A stretch of DNA of 37,197 nt from assembly GCA_964432455.1 (NCBI GenBank), contig CAYSNO010000003.1, positions 1 through 37,197 on the forward strand, in the 5' to 3' direction. Positions within the stretch are counted from its first letter, which is position 1. Every line of letters starts with the position of its first letter. Position numbers and translations under genes: made by a program. Shown here piece by piece: positions 1 to 7,839 of the stretch. This DNA is from an uncultured Candidatus Saccharibacteria bacterium. Its GTDB lineage: Bacteria; Patescibacteriota; Minisyncoccia; Phycocordibacterales; UBA918. The notes below the pieces were generated by a model. That model was given only the letters and a program-made list of their open reading frames with translations, was not told the origin of the DNA and searched no databases.

Positions 1-66
1 GCGGATCAGTCGCTACGCGACCAAGTAATTCGAGCAAGCGCTATGATAAGACCACTAGATAAATGA
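1..66 (+). CDS. C-terminal fragment of an unidentified protein entering from the left edge
   Basis: Frame 1 is open from base 1 to TGA 64-66 (..ADQSLRDQVIRASAMIRPLDK*) and is followed at once by a terminator hairpin. Too short to assign. Confidence 0.3.
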   Translation, partial: ADQSLRDQVIRASAMIRPLDK

Positions 67-94
67 AAGACTATCTCAAATGAGATAGTCTTTC
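65..94. terminator. bidirectional stem-loop terminator
   Basis: gaaagactatctc-aaat-gagatagtctttc is a perfect 13-bp stem lying between convergent stops TGA 64-66 and TAA 97-99. Confidence 0.7.
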
Positions 95-96
95 AT

Positions 97-537
97 TTAT
101 TCTGGCATAATCGCGAAAAAATTTTCTACGAATTTATCTTTTGCAATTTTTTGTTCGCTGGTATATCTACCATTTCTCGGTGTCACTGAAATATATTGAT
201 CTAGAGCAAACGCGGCACGTTTTGCTTTATATGTTTGTAAATACGGCAATACTTGAATTAGCAAATCTATCGCTTGCCGACTATAAATTGCATACGTATA
301 AGCTTGAGCATGATTAAGTTTGTATACTTTTTTATTTGTAATGCGACCAGCTCCAATTACACGAGGTAGGTACTTTATAAGACTCAATTCAGTACCACTT
401 ACTGTGACAGCTAAGTGTCTGGTACCACCCTTCTGTTTTACTGAAAGAGTCACAGTGCCTTCACCATCGATAATACCCGCTATATATGCAGCCTCTGTTG
501 GTTTTAACTTATTTACTTTGGCATAAGTGCTTTCCAT
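97..537 (-). CDS. single-motif LAGLIDADG homing endonuclease (146 aa), apparently free-standing
   Basis: YIAGIIDGEGTV LAGLIDADG motif near the N-terminus; I-CreI-like size; AT-rich. ATG at 537 is preferred over the GTG at 540 in the ORF track. Confidence 0.85.
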   Translation of the reverse strand: MESTYAKVNKLKPTEAAYIAGIIDGEGTVTLSVKQKGGTRHLAVTVSGTELSLIKYLPRVIGAGRITNKKVYKLNHAQAYTYAIYSRQAIDLLIQVLPYLQTYKAKRAAFALDQYISVTPRNGRYTSEQKIAKDKFVENFFAIMPE

Positions 538-544
538 CACTTCT

Positions 545-553
545 ATTGTACCA
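545..553 (-). promoter_or_regulatory. extended -10 promoter TGGTACAAT, 7 nt upstream of the endonuclease ATG (leaderless geometry)
   Basis: The minus strand reads gacgTGGTACAATagaagtgATG. Confidence 0.55.
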
Positions 554-724
554 CGTCCAAAATGAAGGCCCGACTTCTGTTGAAATCAAAGTCAACTTTT
601 TAATGACTCGATTCTCCGTTCAAACACCCGCGATTCTGGGTTCAATTCTGCCCTCCATTTACACCCACATACTAATGTTGTACTGTACCCTCAGACATTG
701 AACAATTAGCGCTGGAGGGCGCAC

Positions 725-1318
725 ATGACAATCGTTCACAAACGCGGACAACTCTCGAAGCGCAATGACCCGAAGCGGGTCAGGCGTTCATTCAAGCGGC
801 ACGCACTACTCGTGCTCCAGCCGTTTGGAGCCACCTGCATCGTGTCCCTGATTTGGACACTCATGCACATGAGTGGTATCCATCTCGCGGGCGAAGACAC
901 TGAGCTGGTGTCGGTGGCGATCGTCAACACACTCGCCATCGTCTTCAGCCTCATCTACGCTGTGGTGCTCTCGGCCGTCTGGGACAACTACAAGAAAGTT
1001 ACCCTCTGCATCCTGCAAGAAGACAAGGAGAAGTTCCTCCTCTATCGTGACGAACGGATGCCGATTGTGATGCATCTTCTGCTGGGCGCTGCGGCCGGCG
1101 CACTTATCGGAGCTGTCGCCCTCTTGGAGTGGCATTCCAACTGGAGTGGGCTGTTCGGAGTATTCTCTGTCACATTCGTCATCTCCTTCTTTTGGATTGG
1201 CGCAACTGAACTGCAAGATCCGAAAAAGAGCCCCTGGATGGCAGAGCGTATCCCGGCGGCATGGTTCGAAGAAGATGTCGACGAACGCTTCTACGACGAC
1301 ACAGCGCCGAAACCCTAG
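725..1318 (+). CDS. polytopic membrane protein, possibly DUF4239-like
   Basis: 197-aa ORF with several hydrophobic helices. The IYAVVLSAVWDNY segment resembles the DUF4239 core as I recall it. Strong SD GGAGGG at 714-719. Confidence 0.7.
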   Translation: MTIVHKRGQLSKRNDPKRVRRSFKRHALLVLQPFGATCIVSLIWTLMHMSGIHLAGEDTELVSVAIVNTLAIVFSLIYAVVLSAVWDNYKKVTLCILQEDKEKFLLYRDERMPIVMHLLLGAAAGALIGAVALLEWHSNWSGLFGVFSVTFVISFFWIGATELQDPKKSPWMAERIPAAWFEEDVDERFYDDTAPKP

Positions 1319-1374
1319 ACAGTCCCACGAGAAGAGTCCCGCGACTCACACTCGTGGGACTCTTCATTTTATAG

Positions 1375-1923
1375 CTATCGCACCACCTCGTACCGCATCA
1401 GGACCCCACCCGTAGCAAGCGTCCGCGCTTCAAGAAGATTGAGCTCCTGGGTTGGCAAATCATCTTCAAACAGCTGTCGGCCATTGCCGAGAATCACTGG
1501 TGCAATACACAAGCGGTACTCATCAAACAATCCCGCTTTCATGAGTGAATTAGAAAGCTTGCCGCTGCCAAACACAAAGAGGTTCCCCTCACCTTCCTCT
1601 TTGAGCTTCGCGATATCAGCCACGGCGTCTTTGAGGATTTCGGTATTGTCCCAATCGGCATTCTCATGTGATGTCGAGCAGACGTACTTTTTCATACTGT
1701 TGACTCGCTCGGCCACCGGACCAGTTTCATTTTTCCAATAGGCAGCCATACCATCGTAGGTCACACTACCGTAGATAACTGCTTCGGCTGTATCAAGCTG
1801 CTCGATACTGAACTGTTCGAGCTCATCCCCATAGACCGACCCATGAAACTCCAAGTCCCATGGCTCCTCCCCTTGAAAATAGCCATCGATGGTAATCACA
1901 TTCCACATGATAAGTTTTTTCAT
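1375..1923 (-). CDS. dihydrofolate reductase-like protein (RibD C-terminal domain family)
   Basis: NLFVFGSGKLSNSLMKAGLFDEYRLCIAPVILGNGRQLF is typical of RibD_C/YwjB proteins. ATG at 1923 (MKKLIMWNV) sits 8 nt after TGGTAGCAT (1932-1940). Confidence 0.85.
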   Translation of the reverse strand: MKKLIMWNVITIDGYFQGEEPWDLEFHGSVYGDELEQFSIEQLDTAEAVIYGSVTYDGMAAYWKNETGPVAERVNSMKKYVCSTSHENADWDNTEILKDAVADIAKLKEEGEGNLFVFGSGKLSNSLMKAGLFDEYRLCIAPVILGNGRQLFEDDLPTQELNLLEARTLATGGVLMRYEVVR

Positions 1924-2064
1924 ATAAACAAATGCTACCACACCAGAGGTAGAAATAATGGCCTATCTTTACAAAACCGTCTTTTTGTGATATTATCCTA
2001 AACAGATTTGGGCTAGACTAAACCAGCCCAATTGCACTATTCACCCTTTAACAAGGACCTGCAG

Positions 2065-2445
2065 ATGACCAAACCGATACGCCTTCTCATCGCCGAAGAC
2101 GACCCTCAGAGGCTCGAACTGTTCTGTCGTTTGGCAGAACAACTGGGTTACGACTACCGTGCCGTCAACAACGGCGTGGCTGGTTGGAAGCTCATCAGGG
2201 ATGCCAAGGATGGTGAGGAGTTCAATCTGATCATCTCGGACAACGACATGCCCGTGATGGAAGGGATCGAGCTTCTGAGACTGGTCCGCGGCAACCCAAA
2301 GACCAAGTCGACGCCTTTCGTGCTCTACAGCAGCAACGACACCTGGTCGCTCAAACTCGAGGTGAGTGAGCTTGGTGCAGACTTCGAGGACAAGGCGCAG
2401 ATTTCTCCCCTTAATCTCTTGAAGAAGTACCTCCCGCTGTCCTAG
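2065..2445 (+). CDS. stand-alone response-regulator receiver (CheY-like) domain protein
   Basis: IRLLIAEDD ... LIISDNDMPVMEGIELLRLVR ... PFVLYSS receiver motifs. ATG 2065 is preceded by AAGGA. The track start at 2032 is TTG. Confidence 0.85.
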   Translation: MTKPIRLLIAEDDPQRLELFCRLAEQLGYDYRAVNNGVAGWKLIRDAKDGEEFNLIISDNDMPVMEGIELLRLVRGNPKTKSTPFVLYSSNDTWSLKLEVSELGADFEDKAQISPLNLLKKYLPLS

Positions 2446-2587
2446 GACGGCGTCCCCCCCACTAACACCCACGCCAGTCGTGGCGGAGAAAACCTCCCGC
2501 CACGAACTTCGGCGGGGTGTTTTCTTGTATTTTCTGTCCTGCTGTTGCATAGTAGCAGCGAACTAGTACGAAGCACCTGGAGGAATC

Positions 2588-3151
2588 ATGACCAGAATAC
2601 TTCAGACAATTGGTCCGCAAGGTGCTGGGAAATCCACATTTTGCGAATCACTGATGGCAGAAAAGATCGGTGGCGTCGCCTACGCCAGCAGAGACCGATT
2701 CCTTGTCGGGAGATACGGCAGCGAGGCATGGAATCCATACTCTGGTGCCATGCAAGAAGGGATGAAATATTTTTGGCAACACGTCGCCCATCTCGCAAGT
2801 GAACATCGTGTCGTCTTGCTCGAATGCTTCTGTGACGACCAGCGACACTTTAGTGACCTGCAGTGTGGCATATCGCTGGCAACGAACTGGTCGTCCACGA
2901 GACTTACTTATGAAGCGCTTTGGTTTGATACACCAAATCACATCTGCGCCGAATGGTACGTGTCGCGTGAGCAGAAAGTGCCACAAACCGAACGAGAGAG
3001 AAATCTTTCGATTTCCTTTGCTCGCAGTGCCAGTCGAGGATTTCGTCGTAGTGCCAGCAGAATACTCTGGAATTTTGAGACTATCTGGCACATCGACCCG
3101 AGACAACTACCGCTCTTTTCCTACTCCGAGATACTCGGACTACGGGCCTAG
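2588..3151 (+). CDS. P-loop NTPase / kinase-like protein (AAA_33-like)
   Basis: Walker A GPQGAGKST at the N-terminus; SD GGAGGA just upstream; no further domain recognised. Confidence 0.7.
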   Translation: MTRILQTIGPQGAGKSTFCESLMAEKIGGVAYASRDRFLVGRYGSEAWNPYSGAMQEGMKYFWQHVAHLASEHRVVLLECFCDDQRHFSDLQCGISLATNWSSTRLTYEALWFDTPNHICAEWYVSREQKVPQTERERNLSISFARSASRGFRRSASRILWNFETIWHIDPRQLPLFSYSEILGLRA

Positions 3152-3247
3152 CAGTAGGACACCAGCGCCTCCCCCCACCACACACCACACACAACGGCAC
3201 CCTGCGACCGATAAGGCCGCGGGGGTTTCTTTTTATGTGATATGTAT

Positions 3248-3646
3248 TTAATCCTGCTTTGCGAGAGCGATGAGCTTATCCCGGTGAATCCAGAGAAGAT
3301 ACAGGTTGATGAGAAGCATCACATTCCCCATCGAGGCGCCGGCGGTGAGGAGGCCGCCGTCGAGCCAGAAGTGGAACCCAACGACGTTGAGACTAATCGG
3401 CAGTGCGAGGAGTGCACCCACTACCTCACGCCGAGTCCAAAGGGCGAAGATAGCGAGGAGGTGTACGACCACCATCATATAGAGGATGTAGGCCGCAGTG
3501 TTGAGAATCTCAATAAAGGCGAAGGCTTCGTCGGTATTGTAGAGGTCGCGGGTGGCTGGTGGGAAGATGCCAGTGGCGCCAAGGACCGGCATGAGGAGAA
3601 TAAGACTAAAGAGGACCTTGGCGATGATGTGTAGATACTTTTTCAT
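3248..3646 (-). CDS. 4-TM membrane protein (DoxX-like size and topology, family uncertain)
   Basis: 132 aa with four hydrophobic segments. It is the last gene of the ArsR-SRPBCC unit. Confidence 0.65.
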   Translation of the reverse strand: MKKYLHIIAKVLFSLILLMPVLGATGIFPPATRDLYNTDEAFAFIEILNTAAYILYMMVVVHLLAIFALWTRREVVGALLALPISLNVVGFHFWLDGGLLTAGASMGNVMLLINLYLLWIHRDKLIALAKQD

Positions 3647-3696
3647 AACAATTAGTTATAGCTATACCTTAAATTATACAACAGCTTGAGATTCGG

Positions 3697-4179
3697 TTAT
3701 TTGGCAAGGAGTTCTTCGAGTTGGTTGAGACCTTGGTTGAAGCCTTCCTTCATACCCATCTCGACGAGCGTCTTGAGGCCTTCGGCGGTCGTGGTTGTGA
3801 GGACGACGCGCACGAGAGTTTCTCCCCCTTCCTCAGTAAAGGTAATCTCCCAGTCTGAACCAGGCAGCTCATCATTGATTGTCCAGTCTTGGTGGGCAAA
3901 AGCGTCTTTGGTCTTAAAAGAATCTTCGGGATGAATCTCACGATAGAGATTGATACAGTAGTGGGCGTCACCCTCTGGTCCCTGCATCACATAGTGCCAG
4001 TATCCTCCATCACGAAATTCGAAGTCCTTGGTCACGGCCTTGTATGGTGCCGGGCCCCACCAGAGATCAAGGAGCTCAGCAGTGGTGTAGTACGTCCAGA
4101 CTTTATGTTTGTCGGCCTTAAAGCGGCGCTCGGCGATGAGCTGGTTCGTCTCTTCGTTAATAGTATAAATAGTTTTCAT
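3697..4179 (-). CDS. SRPBCC / AHSA1 (Aha1-like START-fold) domain protein
   Basis: KVWTYYTTAELLDLWWGP ... FRDGGYWHYVMQGPEGDAHY pattern typical of AHSA1-family proteins, which are commonly paired with ArsR. Confidence 0.85.
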   Translation of the reverse strand: MKTIYTINEETNQLIAERRFKADKHKVWTYYTTAELLDLWWGPAPYKAVTKDFEFRDGGYWHYVMQGPEGDAHYCINLYREIHPEDSFKTKDAFAHQDWTINDELPGSDWEITFTEEGGETLVRVVLTTTTAEGLKTLVEMGMKEGFNQGLNQLEELLAK

Positions 4180-4188
4180 AACAAATGG

Positions 4189-4509
4189 TTATTTTAGTAA
4201 ATCATCAAGGGCATCAAAGCGACTCTCCCAGAGGGCTTGATACTCCGAAAGCGTACGAGCAGCGACCGCAATCGCTTTCGGGTTTGCACTAATAATCTGG
4301 TGTCTTCCCTCCCGCTTTTTGCTGATTAATCGCGCAGCCTCAAGTACACTAATGTGCTTCGCGACCGCAGCAAAGGTCAGGTGCTGATACGATTCGGCGA
4401 GCTCCCCCACAGACTGCGCCTGGCGCAAGACCCGACGAAGAATATCGCGCCGGGTGGTGTCCGCGAGAGAAGCAAAAACTGAATCGATGTTAATGGTATA
4501 TTCAACCAT
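4189..4509 (-). CDS. ArsR/SmtB-family HTH transcriptional regulator
   Basis: LADTTRRDILRRV..SVGELAE....FAAVAKHISVLEAARLISKKREGR winged-helix signature. Confidence 0.9.
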   Translation of the reverse strand: MVEYTINIDSVFASLADTTRRDILRRVLRQAQSVGELAESYQHLTFAAVAKHISVLEAARLISKKREGRHQIISANPKAIAVAARTLSEYQALWESRFDALDDLLK

Positions 4510-4518
4510 ATGGTTGAA
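4501..4518. promoter_or_regulatory. perfect 18-bp palindrome TTCAACCATATGGTTGAA, candidate ArsR operator
   Basis: The dyad is centred on the arsR start codon and lies between the arsR -10 box and the ATG, within the divergent arsR/GFA control region. Confidence 0.5.
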
Positions 4519-4526
4519 TATTAGCA
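4518..4526 (-). promoter_or_regulatory. extended -10 promoter TGCTAATAT, 8 nt upstream of the arsR ATG
   Basis: The minus strand reads catcTGCTAATATtcaaccatATG. Confidence 0.55.
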
Positions 4527-4541
4527 GATGTGTGGTTTTGG

Positions 4542-4569
4542 TGTCAAATTATTTTCCTCTTGCTATACT
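4542..4569 (+). promoter_or_regulatory. promoter TGTCAA-16-TGCTATACT, 7 nt upstream of ATG 4577
   Basis: gtgtcaaattattttcctctTGCTATACTaataaccATG, with no SD. Confidence 0.6.
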
Positions 4570-4576
4570 AATAACC

Positions 4577-4930
4577 ATGAAAACATATACCGGAGGCTGC
4601 CACTGCCAAAAAGTGCGCTACGAAGTAGATATGGAGGAACTCACCGAAGCGATGGCCTGTAACTGCTCTATCTGTAGCAAGCGCGGCTGGCTTCTTAGTT
4701 TCGTACCAGCATCATCATTTCGTCTCCTCTCAGGCGCGGACGAGGTAACCACTTACCACTTTAATAACAAGAAGATTGATCATATCTTTTGTAAGACGTG
4801 TGGGACAGCATCATATGGCTCTGGGAGCGATGGTGAAGGCAATGTCATGATGGCGATTAATGTCCGCTGTCTTGATGATGTTAATCTCGAGGCACTCAAG
4901 ATTAATCACGTCGACGGCAAGAGTTTCTAA
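4577..4930 (+). CDS. GFA (glutathione-dependent formaldehyde-activating / CENP-V-like) family zinc protein
   Basis: GGCHCQKVRYEV ... CNCSICSKRG ... FCKTCG cysteine pattern of the GFA family. The internal ATG is chosen over the upstream overlap with arsR. Confidence 0.85.
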   Translation: MKTYTGGCHCQKVRYEVDMEELTEAMACNCSICSKRGWLLSFVPASSFRLLSGADEVTTYHFNNKKIDHIFCKTCGTASYGSGSDGEGNVMMAINVRCLDDVNLEALKINHVDGKSF

Positions 4931-4935
4931 CCCGT

Positions 4936-5262
4936 ATGGAGATGAGTGACAAAGTCAAAGTGTGGCTCACCTGCCCCGAATCACATGCGGAGACAGTTCG
5001 CCTGGCGATTGGGGATGCGGGACTCGGACAGATTGGCAACTACACGCACTGCAGCTTTGTCTCAAAGGGCACCGGGTACTTTAAGCCTACAGGGGAAGCC
5101 AGCCCCCACATCGGTCAAATCGGTCAACTCGAGGCAGTGCCAGAGGTGGTGATTGAATTTGTGTGTACTCAAGAGCAGCTCCCGCTCCTTGGGGCAATCT
5201 TGAAGGAACATCATCCGTACGAAGAAGTGGCGGTGGACGTCTTCCCTCTCCTCACATTCTAA
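4936..5262 (+). CDS. COG3323-type PII-like protein (stand-alone homolog of the NIF3/YqfO insert domain)
   Basis: CPESHAETVR..GLGQIGNYTHCSF.S.GTGYF.P...A.P.IG......V.E..IEF.....L......L...HPYEEVA.DV.PL matches this family as I recall it. Confidence 0.75.
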   Translation: MEMSDKVKVWLTCPESHAETVRLAIGDAGLGQIGNYTHCSFVSKGTGYFKPTGEASPHIGQIGQLEAVPEVVIEFVCTQEQLPLLGAILKEHHPYEEVAVDVFPLLTF

Positions 5263-5333
5263 GGCTATTTACAGAACTGACTTTCTGCAGTACATTTCAC
5301 CACCAGTGTAACGCCTGCATCAAGGAGGATGAC

Positions 5334-5660
5334 ATGGGGCACATAGAAAGGACGGGGCCGAAGCCGATATCAAAGTACCAGCGTAAGCTCGAGGCCCGCA
5401 ATGCCGAAATCACCGATACGAGCGAACAAGATGAATCACCTGAAACTACCACCTGGGAGGTGACAGGGAGGATTTCGAAGATACCAACGAAGGGTTACTT
5501 CTTCGTGCAGTCGGAGGAGGCTGAACGGGTCTTCGTCGCCACCGAACTCCTTGGAGGCCACCTGACACCGCACGAACAAGACTGGCTGCGGTGCCGCGTG
5601 TTCCGCAACGAGCACGGACTTCGCGCTGAAGCAATCCTCGAGTACCGGACCGGTGCTTGA
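5334..5660 (+). CDS. hypothetical protein (108 aa), higher G+C with strong SD
   Basis: AAGGAGGA at 5322-5329 lies 4 nt before the ATG. A terminator follows. No family recognised. Confidence 0.6.
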   Translation: MGHIERTGPKPISKYQRKLEARNAEITDTSEQDESPETTTWEVTGRISKIPTKGYFFVQSEEAERVFVATELLGGHLTPHEQDWLRCRVFRNEHGLRAEAILEYRTGA

Positions 5661-5676
5661 GACCACATCAAGAGAT

Positions 5677-5707
5677 GTCCTGCCCCAAAGGCAGGACGCT
5701 TTGTTTT
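5677..5707 (+). terminator. rho-independent terminator
   Basis: gtcctgcc-ccaaa-ggcaggac followed by gctttgtttt. Confidence 0.75.
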
Positions 5708-5742
5708 ACAGGAAAGCAGTATGTCGCTATACTTATAGCTAT

Positions 5743-6348
5743 ATGCCAGAAGGAGCTCAAAAACAAGAAAATAATATAGAAATTGTAAGCCAGAAAGAAA
5801 TCCTGCGGGCGATTCAGAGGAAATTTCTCCCTTATCAAACTATCGGTAATCCAGACTCCCTTGACTACCGACCTGAAATTGGCAATACCCTAAAGGCATT
5901 TAATGCAATCGTTGCCTACTATAATGCGCACCGAAATGAAGAAGATGAAAGTAAGCAGCTTCCCGACAATTGGCATATCCTAGGCTTGTCTGAGACGCCA
6001 AAATTTTTACTCGTCAAAGAAGTCGATGGTGAATTCAAGTTTGCCACTCCAAAATTTGGTGCGCCAACACCAGAAGTATTGCTGGCGACACTGAGAAATT
6101 ATCACGAACTTTTTCATTTAAAAACAAAACAAGAAGCGATTAGCCGCGGTCTGATAAAAGCGGAAGTAACGCCGATTGATTTTGAAAAACGCAGCCAGGA
6201 CATGGGCAGACTCTGGCGAGAACGGGCCGGCATTATCGCCCCTCAGTCAGTAGAACCAGCACCAAAAGCAGCTCCGGCTGTCCTCCAAATTACTGACAGT
6301 GACGCCCCTGTCACCCCAAGGGTGATACCCCGACGACCGACAAGATAA
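5743..6348 (+). CDS. hypothetical protein (201 aa)
   Basis: ATG 5743 lies 9 nt after TATACT (5728-5733). AT-richer, coherent ORF. No family recognised. Confidence 0.65.
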   Translation: MPEGAQKQENNIEIVSQKEILRAIQRKFLPYQTIGNPDSLDYRPEIGNTLKAFNAIVAYYNAHRNEEDESKQLPDNWHILGLSETPKFLLVKEVDGEFKFATPKFGAPTPEVLLATLRNYHELFHLKTKQEAISRGLIKAEVTPIDFEKRSQDMGRLWRERAGIIAPQSVEPAPKAAPAVLQITDSDAPVTPRVIPRRPTR

Positions 6349-6355
6349 TAGGTTG

Positions 6356-6712
6356 CTATTTGTTATTGGTCGAATCCTCCTTCACTCGATACTTCACCAT
6401 TTTGGTGATGAGGGTCTTCGGAAGCGGTTTGTCGTACGGAAAGCGGACGCAACCTTTTGATGTGCTATACGGTGCAAGCTCGGTAGCAAAGGCGACTATA
6501 GCAGATGGGGTTGGGTAAAAACCAAGATGGCCTTTCATGGCAGCAAAGTAGACGAGGTCCTTGTTCCCTATCAGAGCTGGCATACCGTACTTGATCGCTT
6601 CACTGGCCTTCGGTGCGGCGGCACGGACGATATCGTACATGGTACGGAGATGTGGCTGTACGTCTTTGGCCTGCGCTTTCATATACGCGGCGACTGATGG
6701 ATAGGTTTTCAT
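6356..6712 (-). CDS. DUF1801 (YdhG-like) domain protein
   Basis: IKYGMPAL ... GHLGFYP ... STSKGCVRFPYDKPLP..LI..MV.YR pattern. ATG 6712 lies 7 nt after TATAAT (6720-6725). Confidence 0.85.
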   Translation of the reverse strand: MKTYPSVAAYMKAQAKDVQPHLRTMYDIVRAAAPKASEAIKYGMPALIGNKDLVYFAAMKGHLGFYPTPSAIVAFATELAPYSTSKGCVRFPYDKPLPKTLITKMVKYRVKEDSTNNK

Positions 6713-6916
6713 ACCAATAATTATAAAATAGAAATACAAAAGCAGCATCTCCCGACACTGCTCTATGTACATTTGAAAAACTTAGCCTTTCTTAAATTGC
6801 CCCAGATACGAGTGAGAAATGGGACGGGACCCATTTCGCAAGACCTTGCCAGCTACTTTATGAGTGAAACGAAATAAAGTGGCGACAAGGTGTACAGCTC
6901 CTGTAGGGAGGAAAAG

Positions 6917-6962
6917 AAAAATGACGCAAGTGGGACGAGATTGTCCAGCGAGCGTCATTTTT
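6917..6962. terminator. stem-loop with A/T-tract arms (bidirectional terminator downstream of the GlsB gene)
   Basis: aaaaatgacgc ... gcgtcattttt forms an 11-bp stem around a 24-nt partly paired loop. Confidence 0.55.
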
Positions 6963-7000
6963 CGTAGCCCAACAAAGTAGATGGGGTGATTTTAGGAAGG

Positions 7001-7279
7001 CTAGCCCCTAATGAGCTGCACCAACCATATAAGTGCCACTGCTCCCACCACCGACACCCCGAGACTATAGAGATTAAGTCCGGTCACTCCCGCTCCCCCA
7101 AAGAAGCCAAAGAGCCATCCACCAATTGACGCTCCAACGATTCCAACAATAATGTTGAGAATGATCCCTTGTGATGCATCGGTCTTCATAATCATCGATG
7201 CAATCCAACCTGCTAGTCCACCTAGTACGAGCCACGCAATGTATCCCATAACGGTTGTGATTTTAAAAATAATCCTCAT
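7001..7279 (-). CDS. GlsB/YeaQ/YmgE-family (transglycosylase-associated) small membrane protein
   Basis: LGGLAGWIASMIM......GIILNIIVGIVGASIGGWLF glycine-zipper pattern. Confidence 0.9.
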   Translation of the reverse strand: MRIIFKITTVMGYIAWLVLGGLAGWIASMIMKTDASQGIILNIIVGIVGASIGGWLFGFFGGAGVTGLNLYSLGVSVVGAVALIWLVQLIRG

Positions 7280-7297
7280 TTAAATTGTATACCTGTC

Positions 7298-7807
7298 CTA
7301 GCCCCCGCACAATGCCCAGTTACCGACGTCGTCAGCCGCAGCAGTACGGGCAGCTTCGTTAAAAATACCGGCATACGTGTTGTTTGGTTTGATGGTGAGG
7401 GGTCGTGCCAAGCCTGCCGCTATGATAGCCTTGTTTACAAATACTTCATCTGTTCCCTCGCCCACATAGACGTAGCGTAAGAGGCGATCATATTGGTCAC
7501 GATCTTCGGCGTCGGCGACGAGTCGCACGGTCTGGTTCTCCACGAGGGTGCGATTGAATTCGGTGGCTTCGTGACTCCCACACTCGGGGGCTCCTTCGCG
7601 GCGGGGTTCGGGGGTATCGATGCCAATATACCTGACCGTTTCTTTGTGACCACCGATATTCACGATGATAGTATCGCCGTCAATGACTGACACTACCTCA
7701 GCTACTGTATCAGCCGGAGCAGCGACCGGAGTACTCGGTGTCGAGAGCCACGGCATGAACAAACCAAGGAGGGCCATGATGAGATTGAATATGAGACTAA
7801 TATCCAT
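7298..7807 (-). CDS. membrane-anchored/secreted thermonuclease (staphylococcal nuclease, SNase family)
   Basis: N-terminal TM/signal segment, then VIDGDTIIV...ETVRYIGIDTPE... and RLLRYVY SNase motifs. Confidence 0.9.
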   Translation of the reverse strand: MDISLIFNLIMALLGLFMPWLSTPSTPVAAPADTVAEVVSVIDGDTIIVNIGGHKETVRYIGIDTPEPRREGAPECGSHEATEFNRTLVENQTVRLVADAEDRDQYDRLLRYVYVGEGTDEVFVNKAIIAAGLARPLTIKPNNTYAGIFNEAARTAAADDVGNWALCGG

Positions 7808-7820
7808 AAGCGTACGTACT

Positions 7821-7833
7821 ATTATGTCATAAT
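7821..7833. promoter_or_regulatory. two overlapping, face-to-face extended -10 boxes (TGACATAAT minus, TGTCATAAT plus)
   Basis: ATTATGTCATAAT sits in the 32-bp divergent intergenic region. The plus box is 6 nt from ATG 7840 and the minus box is 13 nt from ATG 7807. Confidence 0.55.
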
Positions 7834-7839
7834 AGTGGT

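Noticed and set aside
631-657. tRNA- or tmRNA-like T-arm (ctgggttcaattctgccctcca, ending in CCA)
   Set aside because: The bases flanking the TTCAATT loop (CTGGG / CTGCC) are not complementary. No acceptor, D or anticodon arms can be built on either strand.
6773-7000. 228-nt intergenic region with hairpins (gaaatggg-tcccgt-cccatttc and others) as a riboswitch or ncRNA
   Set aside because: I recognised no known motif. The hairpins are adequately explained as the terminator of the GlsB gene plus the promoter region of the DUF1801 gene.
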